A DNA stretch of 64,000 nucleotides from Octopus vulgaris. Its lineage: Eukaryota. Both the position numbers and the translations under genes were made by a program. Numbering within the stretch: the first letter of the stretch is position 1; every line of letters starts with the position of its first letter. Shown piece by piece: positions 24,746 to 39,430 of this stretch. The stretch spans positions 44,020,001-44,084,000 of the forward strand of contig OX597834.1 of NCBI GenBank assembly GCA_951406725.2, in the 5' to 3' direction. The notes beneath the pieces are model-generated. The model did not search any database and had not been told where the DNA came from. It worked only from the letters and a program-made list of their open reading frames with translations.

Positions 24746-25339
24746 TTTTTAAAATTAATCTAAAAAGAGAACATACTGGAAGACATTACAGGGTGGTCAT
24801 GGCAAGAAGGGTGGTTAAGCAATGACAATTCAAAACAGTAGCAGTCAAAGAGCCAAGCCGTTTAATAGTATTACACAGGGTTGAAAGTAGATGAGACATG
24901 GAAAGTTCTGAAAGGTCGAGCATTTAGCAAGTGAAAGGCATCAACTGCCTAAAATAAATGGAAAGCAAAACACTTGTGTCAGGAAATAAAATCAAATGAA
25001 ATATCAAATGTGAAAGGAAGAAATTTAGATACAAATTATGACAAACTGCAGCATGATATGCGGAAGATAATTTATCAATTTTAAAAGCAGCAAATAAATA
25101 TAAAACTATTGAATTCCAAATAACAGAGAAATAGTGAAGAATCTTTGAGAGAGAGAGATGAAATCTAAAAAAAGAAAAGGAGAAAAAAAGGATATAATGA
25201 CATCGGAATTGACAATTTCCTTGACGTCATCAGAAAGGAATTAAAAGGAGAAAAATGGTATTAATTATTATTAGTCATCTAAGCTAAAGCTATCTAGTCA
25301 AAAAAGCCTTCTCTTACCAAAAGATCTTCCATTTGGAAT

Positions 25340-26230
25340 TGGTTTAGGGAGGAGGGGAAGAGAGAGTGGAGTGGGAGGGCAAAGAAGAAATGGGGGGGAG
25401 GGAAAGGAAAAAGGAATATATTAATATATAATAATATAAAAAAAAAAGAGAAATAAAATTGAAAGTGGGACTGATCCCTGGTGCATCCATCTGCAGGTCT
25501 GAATAGGAAATGGTATGTTGGTAAAAGGAATACCAAGAACTATTTGGGAGAGTGGAGTAAGGAGAGAAATTGGAGAAGCAGACGATGAAATAAGAAAAAA
25601 AATTGAAATGAAAAAAATATTTGAAAATAGGAGGAGGGGGAGGAGGAGGGGGAGGTGGAGGAACAAAAAGTGTGGCTGGAAGAGAGTGAGAGGGAAGATG
25701 GGAGAAAATGAGGAAGAGAGGATGGAAGTGAGAGTGGGAGAGAAGTAAAGGGATGAGATTATGAGAGAGAGGGTGGGAGAGAGAAGAAATTAGATGGGGG
25801 GGTGAAAGATACAGGGTGGGAAGGACTATGATATGGGAAGTTTAAGAGAGAAAGATGGTGATGGAATGAACGAGAGAGAGAGGGAGGGAGAAATAGGGAG
25901 AGAATCTCTACATAAAAATGAAAGATGGCCATCTCAGAAAGAGGGGGGGAAGAAGAGAATGAGGGGGGAGGAAGAGAAAGAGGGGAAAGATTGTAAAATT
26001 CAGATGGGGGAAGTGTGGGGCCTGGCTGTGCCGCAAAGTTGTCGTTGTTCTTGGGTGTATGCCTAAGTAGTCTGACATCGAACAAGAATTAGATGCATCA
26101 GAGAGAGAGAGAGAGAGAAAGAAAAAGAGGGAGAGTGAGAGAGGAGGGGTCAGAGAGACAGACAAATAAAAGCAGGAAAAAAAAATTCCTGAATCAGTAG
26201 AAATGGAAGCGAGATAAGATGAAATGGCAA
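25340..26230 (+). repeat. Long degenerate polypurine (GA-rich) tract
   Basis: About 0.9 kb dominated by G and A on the + strand. Confidence 0.75.
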
Positions 26231-26924
26231 ACAATCACAAGACAATTAAGGTGAAAGTTCAAAAGGGACTTTACATCAGAATCATGCAGTCAGCATCATA
26301 ATCATCATCATCATCATCAATATCATTTATTACAGGGTTTTGAATTCTTAAGATATGGCATCAGAAATATGAGGTGGATGCTTGAATATAAGTAAAAACT
26401 ACTTTGTATTTTCAGGGAAAATAACAAAAACAACACACACACACACACACAAGGCTACTATGATTAATGTTAGGAAGTGAAAATGTTGCTTTTTTATTAG
26501 ATTAAATGAAACTACGACAACATTTGTTAATGTTAATGAAAACTGTTTTCAGAAAGGACTTGGGAGCTAACTCACATTCACTACAAGTATACAATATATA
26601 TATACATATATATATATATATATTTTTTTTTTCTCTAGTTTCAGCTCAGAGCTGCAGTCATGCTGATGCACCACCGTTAATTATATGTAGACAACATAAA
26701 GTAATCCTCTATATAAATGACTTGAAACTGTCTGCAAAAAAGCAAGGTTAAATGATGATTTCTTATGAGGCACAATGCCAGAAATTTGGAGAAACAAAGT
26801 ATTTAGACAAACGCTACAAATTATTTGGCCCAACACTGACAATTCTACCACCACATCATGCTAACACAGACAAGAAATAATGAACAGCAAAATGGAGAAA
26901 TGGGAAAGAAATGGAAGTTGAAAA

Positions 26925-27154
26925 GCTTAGGTGTTCATGGGCAAAAAATGGTTAAGAACCAACCCCTCTGCTAGAAAGTTAAGCCAAGGATACTTAGAGG
27001 AAGACCACGAATGAGAGGACTGATAATGCTTACGAAGCCAGCCAAAAAGTGTAATGACAGTTGCTTCCGACAGGACCCTATAGAAGAGGTGCCTAAGGAC
27101 TCTAACCACACAAGCCTCAAAGGAATAGTGAGCAGAGAAGCTGGATGGATGGAT
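26925..27154 (+). mobile_element. RTE (Expander-like) LINE 3' end remnant
   Basis: agaggaagaccacgaatgaga-ggactgataat = RGRPRMR(W)TDN with a 1-nt loss (RTE C-terminal RGRPxxRWxD motif); ends in (GGAT)n. Confidence 0.6.
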
Positions 27155-27465
27155 AAAACCTTTCAGATGCTGAATAATCTTAATAGAGATACCGTTGGTT
27201 ACAAACAGGGTGTATTATTCTTTTACACTATATTCAGTCATAATGGCATCACCTTCATGTTCTTGCAGATGACCCAGAAACACACACACACACACACACA
27301 CACATGACAGGCTTCTTTCAGTTTCTGTCTACCAAATCCACTCACAAGGTTTTGGTTAGCCCAAGGCTATAGTAGAAGACACTTGCCCAAGGTGCTACGC
27401 AGTGGGACTGAACCTGGAATCATGTGGTTGTTAAGCAAGCTTCTTATCACACAGCCATGCCTGCA

Positions 27466-27522
<57 letters not shown>

Positions 27523-27589
27523 TTCTATGTATGTATATGAACAATAAAGAAAAGCAAGATAAATAATAAACGAATTTTAGAATTAAAGA

Positions 27590-27620
27590 AATAATAATAA
27601 TAATAATAATAATGATAATC

Positions 27621-27670
<50 letters not shown>
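27590..27670. repeat. (AAT)n microsatellite
   Basis: Direct reading. Confidence 0.95.
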
Positions 27671-28503
27671 CCTTTCTACTATGGGCACAAACTGCTTATT
27701 TAAAACAAAACTCAAAGATTCCAGGTTACATATGGAAAATGGTGGAATTTAATGACAAGTGAAGAGTGAAGACATCTGGAAACAATTTAACACCTTGCAG
27801 CTAACGAAGGTAATTTTCTCTACACTGAATAAGGAAAAAAAAAAAAGAAAGCCAAGAAAGAGAGAGATAAATAAATAAATATATAAAATACACATAAAAT
27901 ATCGAACAAATTAGAAGCTTAAGTAAATAAAATTAAGTAAATCTGGGTATAAACATTATTATCGTCCTTCTCTCTGAATGGGTCTGGCTAGCAAAACGCA
28001 ACCAAGAATGATGTTATCTCACTGACATTAATTAGATAACACACACATACACTCACTTGTGTACACACCCACCTCCCTCTACAGATTCTAATACACTTGT
28101 GCACATACGCCTACACACTTGTTTACACACACACACACACTCACTCAAGGATCTTCCGGTAGTTTTGAAGCCAAATCTTCCAGTTTGATCAAACTGAATC
28201 CTGGAGTTCAAATCGTTCTCTTGCATTTTACATAAGTGGCTGAGTATTCCATAGATACAAGTTACCTTTGATGTAATTTCCAGGCAGAACTGGCAAGACC
28301 AAATGTACGACTGAATTCAAATTCCTGACTCATCCAAGAGGCTTTCTACACAGTTTCAAACCCACCCAGGCTGGACCCAAAAGGCTTGTATTGGGCTTTT
28401 GTTAAGGGTTGCGAACACTTCTAAGATACAAACTTCCTGTTTTAAAGTGATAAAAATTAAAACCTTCCATTAAAATTTTATGTTAATTTATGTTCCAAAT
28501 AAA

Positions 28504-28875
28504 CAGGAGTGGCTGTGTGGTAAGCAGCTTGCTTACCAACCATATGGTTCCGGGTTCAGTCCCACTGCATGACACCGTTGGCAAGTGTCTTCTACTCTAG
28601 CCTTCGGGCCGACCAAAGCCTTGTGAGTGGATTTGGTAGACGGAAACTGAAAGAAGCCTGTCATATATATATATGTGTGTGTGTGTGTGTCTGTGTTTGT
28701 CCACCCAACATTGCTTGACAACCGATGCTGGTGTGTTTACGCCCCAGTAACTTAGCGGTTCGGCAAAAGAGACCGATAAAATAAGTGCTAGGCTTACAAA
28801 GAATAAGTACTGGGGTTGATTTGCTTGACTAAAGGTGGTGCTCCAGCATGGCCACAGTCAAATGGCTGAAACAAG
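28504..28875 (+). mobile_element. SINE family B, full length (reference copy)
   Basis: tRNA-like head (tggctgtgtggtaag...gggttcagtccc), ttggcaagtgtcttc middle, internal TA/TG microsatellite, 3' stem-loop and (taaaagag)n-like tail; more than 15 related pieces in the window. Confidence 0.9.
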
Positions 28876-29491
28876 CAAAAAAGAGTAAAAGAGAGTAGTA
28901 ATGCGAAAATTATTTTACAAAATTCTTCGTTATTTTCAAAATTAATTTCAATAGAAATCCGATAACAAAAGAGTTAATCCCAACCCACATTACATCATTC
29001 CGAGATCGTTAAAATAAAAATCCTATCAATGAAATGAATTCTGAACTTGATAGTGTTCAGGACAAAGGGAAATGGTGTCCCAGAATGCTCAACCAAATGA
29101 GCAAAGCCAAAAGGAGGAATTAGAGAGAGAGTGTGTGTGTGTATGTAAGTGAGCCAGAGAACAAGCAAGCTGTACACAGAAAAAGGAGGATGGGCAAGAG
29201 AGAGGTCATTAGAGTTTCTCTCCTTAGAGACAGAAAAAGAAATCAAATTTATTGCAGCTGTTCAATCAGGTTTAGTCATATTTCTTTTAGGGGGGGACAT
29301 TTCATTTTACAATGGCATCGGAGGAAATGGATTCAAGATGTTTTTGAACAGGGGAAAAAAAAAAAAAGGTCAAAAGAGGTGGATATTAATCATTAATAAC
29401 TATTGATCATTTGAGGTCGAGCAATTAACTGTAATTATCTAATTAATAAATAACGATACATATTTTTTCATCTACACACACAGAGATGTGC

Positions 29492-29523
<32 letters not shown>

Positions 29524-31392
29524 GTATATATTGTAATATTGATGGCATCTTGTATCATCGAAGTGTTTCTCTGAAAAGCAAATGAGGAAAAAGGAAGGAA
29601 AAAAACATGATAAAAAAAAAGGAACTACACAAAATAAAATCAAACTATTTAGATGTTTATAAATATGTAAATATAATTGTACAGGCATGTACGTGTGTGT
29701 ATGTATGTATGTGTGTGTGGATGGGTGGGTGGATGTATGCATCTATCTATCTATCTGGCTATCTATGTATGTATGTGTGTGTGTGTGTGTGTGTGCAGAT
29801 CTGTATATGTGAATGCTTATTTGAAAGCATTCAGCTTAAACTAAACAAGAAGGTTTATATTCATGCCGACAATCAATTAAAAATTTAGCAGAATTTAGTT
29901 GTAGGTTTAGCTACGTATATATATATATATATATACATACATATACACACACACACATATATATATACATGTGTATATTGCACAGTTTGATTTCTTTTTT
30001 TTATTATATATTCTTCTCTTTCTTTTTACCTTCTAGATAGAGAAATAATTAACATTCCACACTGAATTTCAAGTGAAATAAAATAAATAATTAAATAGAG
30101 CTTTGACATCAAGTGACAGCTCGTTACTGTTACTTTAAATATTTAAAAATTAAGACCTTATTGTTTTGCTTTTTATTTTTCTTTGTTTTTTTTTCTTCGT
30201 TTTATTATATTTTATTTTCAATTCCAATATTTTCCTTCATTACGTGATGGCTGTTTTTGTTTTTAATATTTATTTTTATTTGCTTACTTGTCTATTTATT
30301 TATTTATTTATTGCATTTCCTTCTATAGAAATTAATAGAAAGAATAAATTGAAGCACCCACCACCCCTCCATGAAATAAATAAATGGATAAAATAAAATA
30401 AACAGACAAACAAACATGATGGGAGGTCTTTATAAAGAATATCAATTTTCTTTCCAGAGAGAGAGAGAGAGAGATAGAGAGAGACAGACATACCCACCAT
30501 TATAGATTATTATGGCGATTTTGATTTTTCTATTCTGGAAACTCATTCTCAGAAGAAACAAACTACAACACACACACGCACACATACACACACACACACA
30601 CAAGGTAAGATTTATTGACTCACTGTCTTCACTCAGTCATATATATCCTGTATTTTAGCATGAAAAAAAGTAACCCCTTTTTGTCAAAAATTAGGTTTAA
30701 AAAATAGCAGTTTCTTCTACATGGATAGTATTATAATCATTTACAAAGCCTTTTTTCCAAATTTTAGGCCCCCAAAATTAGGGGGTGGGGTTCCTAATAC
30801 ACGTTAAAATACAGTAAATGTTTGTCCACTGCCAGTATCACTTCCTTCTATGCTCTCATATACACTAAGCAGTCACTTGGTGCCACAAGTTTCTGCTGGC
30901 TGTTGTGTTCGCAACATCTGGCCATTTAAGTATTGATTCCAAATTTTGGCACAACACCAGAAATTTCAGAGGTGTGGTCCAAAGCAATTCCACTGACCCC
31001 CTCTTCTCAACTGGTACTTATTTTCATCATCGTCATTTAACATCCGTTGTCCATGGGTTGGGCAGCTTAACCAAGAGCTGGCAAGCTGCACCAGGCTTCT
31101 GTCCTAATGCTGACCACTTTACAGAGTGTGCTGGGTGCTTTTAATATGGCCCACACGAGCGCCTTCACATGGCATCAGCGCAGGCCAGTCGTCTTGACCA
31201 GGGGAAGTGGCCTTATCGCTTCTGCTGTGAGGAATGGATTGATCGAAAAACAAAAGAGCACATTAAACATCTAAGGGGCAACTAATTGCAGAATATCGTC
31301 TCAAGAAGTTCTACCAAAGCTTTGGCAGTGTACAAAACTCATGAAACATGATGATATAGGTTCTGCCAGTGCTCCTAGTTGTACAATGCCCT

Positions 31393-31526
31393 CCTGACCT
31401 CTCAGCTAGTTATATAGTCCTGACCTCTCAGCTAGTTATATAGTCCTGGTCCCTCAGCTAGTTATACAGTCCTCCTGACCTCTCAGCTAGTTATACAGTC
31501 TTTCAGACCTCTCAGCTGATTATACA
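31393..31526. repeat. Minisatellite, 5 copies of a 26-29-bp unit
   Basis: Unit cctgacctctcagctagttata[tc]agt. Confidence 0.9.
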
Positions 31527-32709
31527 AAACCTTGTCAGCCATAGTCATACAGTCGTGGACCAACCTGACAACCCAGATATGAAAAGAAAACCTACTGAAG
31601 AAAGAAGCAGATTGTGTGCGCAGGTTTGCTTGTTCAGTGATACACACCCAAGCTTTCAGTGTTGATACCAGCAGAATTTGTTTAAAATCTACTTCCTACT
31701 TAATTACAATTCTTTACAGAACATTAAGTTCTGAGTGTGTTATTTTAAAGAAAAGGAGTCGCTAATGAGAAAACGTGATTGTGTTTGTCTGATGCATGTT
31801 CCCAGGGAAGAGCAATTAGCAATACAAATGCTCCCACCTCACCCATCACTCCACCCTGAAATCAGGTCAAGCACTTGTCACACCTGAAAGATTATTTATA
31901 CTCCAACACATTCCGAGTGTTGCTAATAATTAGTTTTGTAAAGTTGCTCATATAGGTTACACGTTGAATCTAGTGGGTGATATGCATGGATGCATTTCAG
32001 ATGTACAAACGAGAGGAAAATATATCGCAAAGATTTAATTTCTTCATTTAAAGCTTAACGATTCGCTCAGTCGCTGCGTCGATGCATCTCACATGTGCGG
32101 CGAGAGTGTGTTTGTTTGTTCTTTTGTTGCTTGAATAAACACAGCAGAAATGAGAGAAACTTAGAATTATGACAGAAATCATTAGCTTCAAATCAAAATT
32201 TGTCAAATATACAGAAGACCTTAAGAATAAAAGAAAGAGAAACGAAAAAGAAAAAAAATGGTTTTGGTTTTGTGCTTTTGTGTCACGAAGAAAGAAAACC
32301 AAATTACTTCCATAAATATTTCCAGCATTTGTTTGTAGAAAAACTATTTGCTGGTGATAGATTTCAAACAATCTGTAATTAATATATGACCCTAGTTACC
32401 ATAATAGGCTAGTAATTTACTTCCAAACAACCGATAGTTAAAATATGACCCAGAGGTATCAATACGGTCTATGAAAATGCTGTTTCTTGTTCTTGTTTTT
32501 CTTACAGCCGAAATTGCGAAGATGATCCGGTTCTTGACTGAAGATTGAAGGCTTCGAATGTCCCGTCCGTGTTTTTTGTATCGTCTTCTAAATGTTTTAC
32601 GTTCTTGTTTGTATAAATTTGTAGCTTAAAATGTCCCTAGCCCTTTTTCTCTTCTGACCGAAGTAAATCTATTGATGGCAACCCTTATTCAAATCTACAA
32701 ACTTTATAC

Positions 32710-32915
32710 AAACCCTTTAGCGTTCAGATTACTTTATCGGTCATGGTTCAATAAACGAAAGAAGTAAAAGATAATTAATCATGCATGACCTCACAGCTTT
32801 GAGATTTTCATGACATAACCACTTATTTCAGAATGACATTGTAGGGTAGGTGTAAGAGGTAGTATTAGACCAGTTTTAGAAAATTAGAATATTTGGGCCT
32901 GCTATAGCCAGCTCA
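32710..32915 (+). mobile_element. piggyBac-type MITE (family E), degenerate
   Basis: aaccctttagcgttcagattact...gaatgacattgtagggtaggtgtaagagg. Confidence 0.65.
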
Positions 32916-33111
32916 ATGTCGTGGGAGAGAATAGAAGAAGTCAGACATTTTGTACAGGTAGAAAATTGTTGAAGCATTTGTAAAGACTATCATATTCGGC
33001 TTCGTTTTCCTGGTGTGATACGTAATTCAAGATTTACCGTTCCCTGATAAATGGTTTGGTTTGAAACTTCAAAATTGTTTTCATTTAGTATCCTGTTTTG
33101 TTAGCCTCCTT

Positions 33112-33316
33112 TGGCCGTTGCTAGCCTCCCCTGGCACGTAAAAAAGCACCCACTACACTCAAAGAGTGGTTGGCGTTAGGAAGGGCATCCAGCTGTAGAA
33201 ACACTGCCAGATCAGACTGGAGCCTGGTGCAGCCTCCTGGCTTCCCAGACCCCAGTCAAACCATCCAACCCATGCTAGCATGGAAAATGGACGTTAAATG
33301 ATGATGATGATGATGA
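33112..33316 (+). mobile_element. RTE-type 3' end (family D)
   Basis: ggcgttaggaagggcatccagctgtagaaac...ggacgttaaatgatgatgatgatgatg. Confidence 0.85.
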
Positions 33317-33937
33317 ATAACATGGAAGTGTCAATTAATACTGATTTCCTAGGGCTTATGTTTTATCCTTCATTTAATAAGTTCATTTATTCTCTGTCTC
33401 GTAATAAAAAAAAAAGAACAACTTTGTAAATTACAGAATAGTGAAACCCAGTTAGAATTTGGAAAGTGTACGAAAAGTTTTAAGGAAGGAGGAAGATAAA
33501 AAACGGCAATATTTCACATTTGTTGGTTGTGCAATCAACCACCAATAGGAGGACATAGAAAATACAATTGAGGCCGGACATTTAATCTCCGTCTCAGAAG
33601 GACAAGTTCAACTCAACACTTTCAGTACAAAGTTTTATAATGAGAGAAATTTGTGTGTTTGTACCACAAAATGAAACCTGCGTGTAATGTAATGGGTAAT
33701 TAAAACAGACAGAAATAAACGAAAATCTTAACGAGTAAAGATAATAATAATAGGCATTGGGGAAAAAAACCTGTTTTGAAGAGCAACTGGTCGAGGACAA
33801 AAGGTATAAGATACCCGACTATGTGTGTGTGTGGATGCGTATGTGTGTGTGGATGGGTGTGGCTGTATGTGTGGTTGTATGTAGGTTAATGTACATTAGT
33901 TCATTTGCTAAAAATGAATTAAGATTATTTAATGGGA

Positions 33938-33978
<41 letters not shown>

Positions 33979-34639
33979 CATATGCTGATATGCTTATATA
34001 TGTAACAGCATGAGTCACACATTACACATGAATGCTAATGATTTAATTGAAATGGAGTATAGAGGTAATAAAAAAAAAGGAAGAGGTCAAAAGAGAAAAG
34101 AAAGAGAAAAAAAAAACATTTATCTGATAAATTTACACCTTATCACACAGAGGATTATTGTATAACACACACACACACACACAAATATATATAAAGAAAG
34201 AGAAGAATGAAGTGAAAGGAAAAGTGAACCTACAAATGTTAAAAGAGAGCGGAGACTGTTTCTGCTATTGTTAGATCCATGCCCTTATACACACGCATGC
34301 ACTTGAGCACAACACTTGTATTGAGTAATAACAAAAAACCCACACACATCTCTATTGAATAGTCTGTACCGATTTGTCCCTCGAAATTCTAATTCAAATT
34401 CTTTTCATCTCTTCAAGATCAATATTGCAAATGACGGCCGTCTAGAGAATCGATTAAGACTTTAAAGATTTCATAGAAATACGCAAACTGCTTCATAATC
34501 TTTAACAGATTGCCAGGTCAGACTATTACAGGACGATTGTAGGTTTGTTTACTTCCACATCAGATTGTGCTAAAGTGATCTCATGAACAAAGGTGCTACA
34601 GCCATTGGCCATCCGACCTTGTTTTTTTTCAAACGTAGT

Positions 34640-35345
34640 ACACAGCTGTGTGGTAAGAAGCTTGCTTCCCAACCACGTGGTTCCAGGTTCAGTCCCACTG
34701 CATGGCACTTTGGACAAGCGTCTTCTGTTAGAGCCTTATTTCTTAGCTGTCCACAGGGGGCTACGCACAGCGGGGACAAGCAAGGACAGACAAACGGATT
34801 AAGTCGATTATAGTGACCCCAGTGTGTAACTGGTACTTAATTTATTGACCCCAAAAGGATGAAAGGCAAAGTCGACCCCGGCAGAATTTGATCTCAGAAC
34901 ACAAAGACAGACGAAATACTGCTAAGCATTTTGCCCCGTGTGCTAACGGTTCTGCCAGCTCACCATCTTCTATTTGAGCCTTGTGCTGTCCAAAAACCTT
35001 GTCAGAGGATTTGGTAGATGGAAACTGAAAGAAGCTCGTTGAGTGTGTATGTGTATGTACATATATATATATATATGTATATATATGCAATCAATGAACA
35101 TATGTTGTCCATGCTGGTATGGGTTATATACATGAATGTATGTATGTATTTATGTATGTCTGTGTTTGTACCACCCCCATGTGCTTGACAACCAATGTTG
35201 GTGTGTTTACATCCCTATAACTTAGTGGTTTGGCAAAAGAGACCAACAGATTAAGTATTAGGGCTGATTTCTTCAACTAAAGAAAAACCCCGATCAGGCG
35301 GTGCTGCAGTATGGCCGCAGTCACATGATTGAAACAAAGGAATAG
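34640..35345 (+). mobile_element. SINE B interrupted by a family C SINE (34735-34965, minus)
   Basis: B head to ~34735, then a reverse-complement C unit, then the B body resumes at ~34965. Confidence 0.75.
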
Positions 35346-35956
35346 AACTATAGGACTACATTATCCAACGATTCTTTTTTGTTTTTGAGACAAAAGCTCA
35401 GTGGTTTTCTTAATCAGGATCCATTGAACCCCCCCTTCCGGGGATGTATGTAAGAGTATATACGTGTGTGTTTGTATCCCCAACATCGCTTGAAAACCGA
35501 TGCTGGCGTATTTACGTCCCCGTAACTGAGAGAGAGAGAGAGAAAGAGCGCACGTTTATCACTCACCACCGTCTGATAACCGGTGCTGGTTTGTTTATGC
35601 TTCTGTAACTTAGCTGTTTGGCGAAAAAAAAACGATAGAATAAAAAACATCTAGAAAAAATGAAAACCGAAAGTTGACTAGACCCTTCTAGGCGGTACTC
35701 CAGCTTGGCCGCAGTCCAAAAACTGAAATAAATAAACGATGTAGCCCCAGGTCAAGCATCGATCAAGTAGACTGGACCAGACATTACAACCATGACCAGC
35801 CCTTCATGTTAAAGACAAACAGAACAATATATTGGACCTGGTACTGTCATATGATGGTGGTTTTTAGAAAGATTTAGGTCGAGCGAAGGCGTTGAGAAAC
35901 CCTTAACTCGTACACATAAATGTTATATGCGTTATTTTTGTACGTTGGTGCCTGTG

Positions 35957-35998
<42 letters not shown>

Positions 35999-36221
35999 TG
36001 TGTGTGTATGTGTATGTAAAGCATTCATCGAAGTATATATGATGAACAGACGCAGAAAAGGGTATATTTGCGCGAGTACGTGTTTTTGTTGCGACTTAAA
36101 TACCATTGACAACGATAATAGTCTAAACGAATGTATACATGTATGTACGGCTGTGTATTTATGTAAAGTATAGATTACGTCCAAACACTCAGAACAATGT
36201 GTGTATATATATGTGTGTGTG

Positions 36222-36277
<56 letters not shown>

Positions 36278-37168
36278 AACACACACACATATACATTATA
36301 TAAACTACGTGTATACTGGGGTATGGTTTCACGTCCATTACGTCTCATACATAAACACACATATATATAAATATATAAACACATGCACTCAAGGTGCGAG
36401 CGGGTACGTGAGGGTGTGTATGTATATATGTATGTATGTATGTATGTGTAATGTGCATATACGTACACATACACACAGCTATGCAAGATGGGAGAGAGAG
36501 AGAGAGAGAGAGAGAGAAGGAAGGAAGGGAGAGAAGGCAGAAGGAGAGAGAGATAGCGAAAATCCAATTAAGACATCTACAAGTTCTCTTTGAATGGCAA
36601 TGTTTATTGAAACCATCTTGGAGTCCATTAACACGGTTGCAATTAAGTTAACAGCCAAGGGCCAAGTCCAATCTGTCAGGAACTAGTTTTATCGCTACAG
36701 ACAACAATCACAGAGAAAAATGGTAGAAATATAATAAGTTCCACCCACCACCCACACCGCCGCCGCCCCGTCCGTTTGCTTACCAACCACTTTCTTCCTT
36801 TTCTTCCTCTTCCTCAAGCTTTCCTCCTCCTCCTTCTCCTTCTCCTCCGCCTTCTCCCTACTTTCCGTTTACGATATCAGTTGTTTTTGTGTGTGTTGGT
36901 GTGATTGTTTATTTTATTTATTTATTTATCATTATTATGTTTTTTTCTTCTTTGCCTCTCACGTCTCATCACGAGAAAAGAACATTAGGAGAGAGAGAGA
37001 GGAAGAGAGGGAGAGGAGGGAAAGAGAGAGGGAAAGAGGGGGGGACGAGAGAGAGAGAGAGAGGTCTTTTCATCATTACAGAAGAATTTTGGAGTTGAGA
37101 GAGAAAAGATAGAGAAACGAAGGATATTAAGAGAGACCGCGAAGGAGTGATATATATATATATAGATT

Positions 37169-37206
<38 letters not shown>

Positions 37207-37770
37207 CGGAAGGGAGAAAGATTTTTCATGTCCAGAGAGAGTGTTAGTGGAGAAGGAAGAGAAGGGAGAGAGAGAGAGAGAGAGAGCAGGTCATCAGCGA
37301 AGGATATTTAGTGAGAAAAATAAGTATACGGAAAGTTAAAAGAAAAGCAGGAGAGAGAAAAGAAAAAGAGGAAAATATAATTAGCGTGTAAGGTGGCAGA
37401 GGGTAAGAGTTGAGAGAAGGAAAAAGAGAGAGAGAGACAGAGAGAAGAGAGAGGGGGGGAAGAGAGAGGGGAAGAGAGCTCATCAAGGAAGGGATAGGAA
37501 AAAGAGAAGAGATGAAGAGAAAATCAAATCACACTAACAATATACACACACACTATACAGACATATACATACGTTATATGTGTGTGTATATATATATATA
37601 TATATATACACATACATACACTCCTAATTGAAAACAACTCGGCAGGAGTGAAATAACATACACCGCCTATCTACACACACACATGTATGTATGTGTGTGT
37701 TAACGACCTTACATAGCGAGCACTGTGTAAGTAGGTGCGTATGTGTGTATATATATAGATATGTGCGTAA

Positions 37771-37802
<32 letters not shown>

Positions 37803-38192
37803 ATAAACGACCTTATGTACTGAGCGCTCCTTCCTCACGGTGTGTGTGTGTGTGTGTGTATTTAGCTGTGTGTCTCTCTGGTCCCCACTAATATACATTT
37901 TAGCTTTGACCAGTCACGGCAGCTGTCGACGGTGGGTGCGCACGCACCCTACACACAGGGTGTGTGTGTGTGTGTGTCTATCTATATGAAGGAGAGAGAG
38001 AGAGAGAGATACAATAGATCGTGCAAAACTAGTTAAAATTGCATTTAGCAGTCAAAACGATATAAGGGATATATATACACACACACTATATATATATATA
38101 TATACACACACACACATACTTGGAAAACGATGCGTAGCGTTTGATCACAGAATAATATAAATAATATATAAATATATGTATATATATATATA

Positions 38193-38223
<31 letters not shown>

Positions 38224-39207
38224 GTACACATATAGATATACAGACAGACAGACAGATAGATAGATAGATAGATAGATAGACAGTGAGTGTGTCATCATAG
38301 CAGGAATGAATAAGAGAGTTCTGCTCTCAAAAGAAAATGAAGCGTCACATGGATACAGTGCTGACATAAGCGATCCCTGGCAGAAATGGGAAGAAGAGAA
38401 AGACAGAGAATAGAGAGAGAGAGAGACAGGGAAAGAATAGAGAGGCATTACACGTATATAGAGGGACACAATGAGAGTTGATTAGGGGAGATCCTTTATG
38501 AGAAGAATAGCTTAGAAATGAAAGGTAAGACACACAAACATAGAGGGAGAGAAAGAGAGAGAGTGGAGGAAGAGGAGGAGAAGAAACGGAGGTAATTGGT
38601 AGGTGAGATGAAGGTGGTACAGTGTAGTTTATATACAAACAATGATGGAAAGAGAGATGAAGAAAAAAGAAACTCATCCTCATGGTTACTGTTGTTAACT
38701 ACGGATGATAAAACCTTACTGTGTTTTAATAAGAGATACAAAGAAGAATACGGCCAAGACACAATCACACACACACGAGTATATATATATACATTTACAC
38801 CTGCTCTGGGTTAAAGATTAGGAACAATTCGTGAGAAAAAAAATATACAAGTTGAGGTTTATTGTGTGTTTTAATTAGATTCACCGCCATCGACATCTTC
38901 CTAACGAGGAAAACTAATTTATAAGCAGCCGCCTTTGCTTCTGACATCGACCGCAATTCTTTCCTCTCCTTCCTCCCGTCACCTACCTCCACACTATCAC
39001 ACAAACCACAACACTGCACTAACCACACAACAATGCTTGTTACAGTCACAACTAACACTGTCGTATTAACAGCCTCAACGCAAATCACAACACTACATTC
39101 ATTTATATTCTCACCATATATATATATATATATATGACCAGTGTACAAACCACAACTAGATTCTCGTAAGTGCTGTGGTTAAACACCACCACATCAACAT
39201 CATTAAA

Positions 39208-39430
39208 CTGGCAGAAACGTTAGCACGCCGGGCCAAATGCGTAGCCGTATTTCGTCTGCCGTTACGTTCTGGGTTCAAATTCCGCCGAGATCGACTTTGC
39301 CTATCCATCCTTTCGGGGTTGATAAATAAAGTACCAGTTACGCACTGGGGTCGATGTAATCGACTTAATCCGTTTGTCTGTCCTTGTTTGTCCCCCCTGT
39401 GTTTAGCCCCTTGTGGAAAGTAAAGAAATA
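39208..39430 (+). mobile_element. SINE family C, young CpG-intact copy
   Basis: Head with internal hairpin (aaatgcgtagccgtattt), B box gggttcaaattcc, Nin/Deu-like gcctatccatcctttcggggttgataaataaagtaccag. Confidence 0.88.

Noticed and set aside
25222-25229. Perfect CRE TGACGTCA
   Set aside because: A single 8-mer is expected by chance in 64 kb.
31393-31526. CRISPR-like repeat array
   Set aside because: Units are contiguous with no unique spacers; eukaryotic context; no cas genes.
32538-32565. Hammerhead in CTGAAGA-ttgaaggcttc-GAAT-GTC
   Set aside because: Lacks GAAA and a convincing helix I; kept only as an unclassified repeat.
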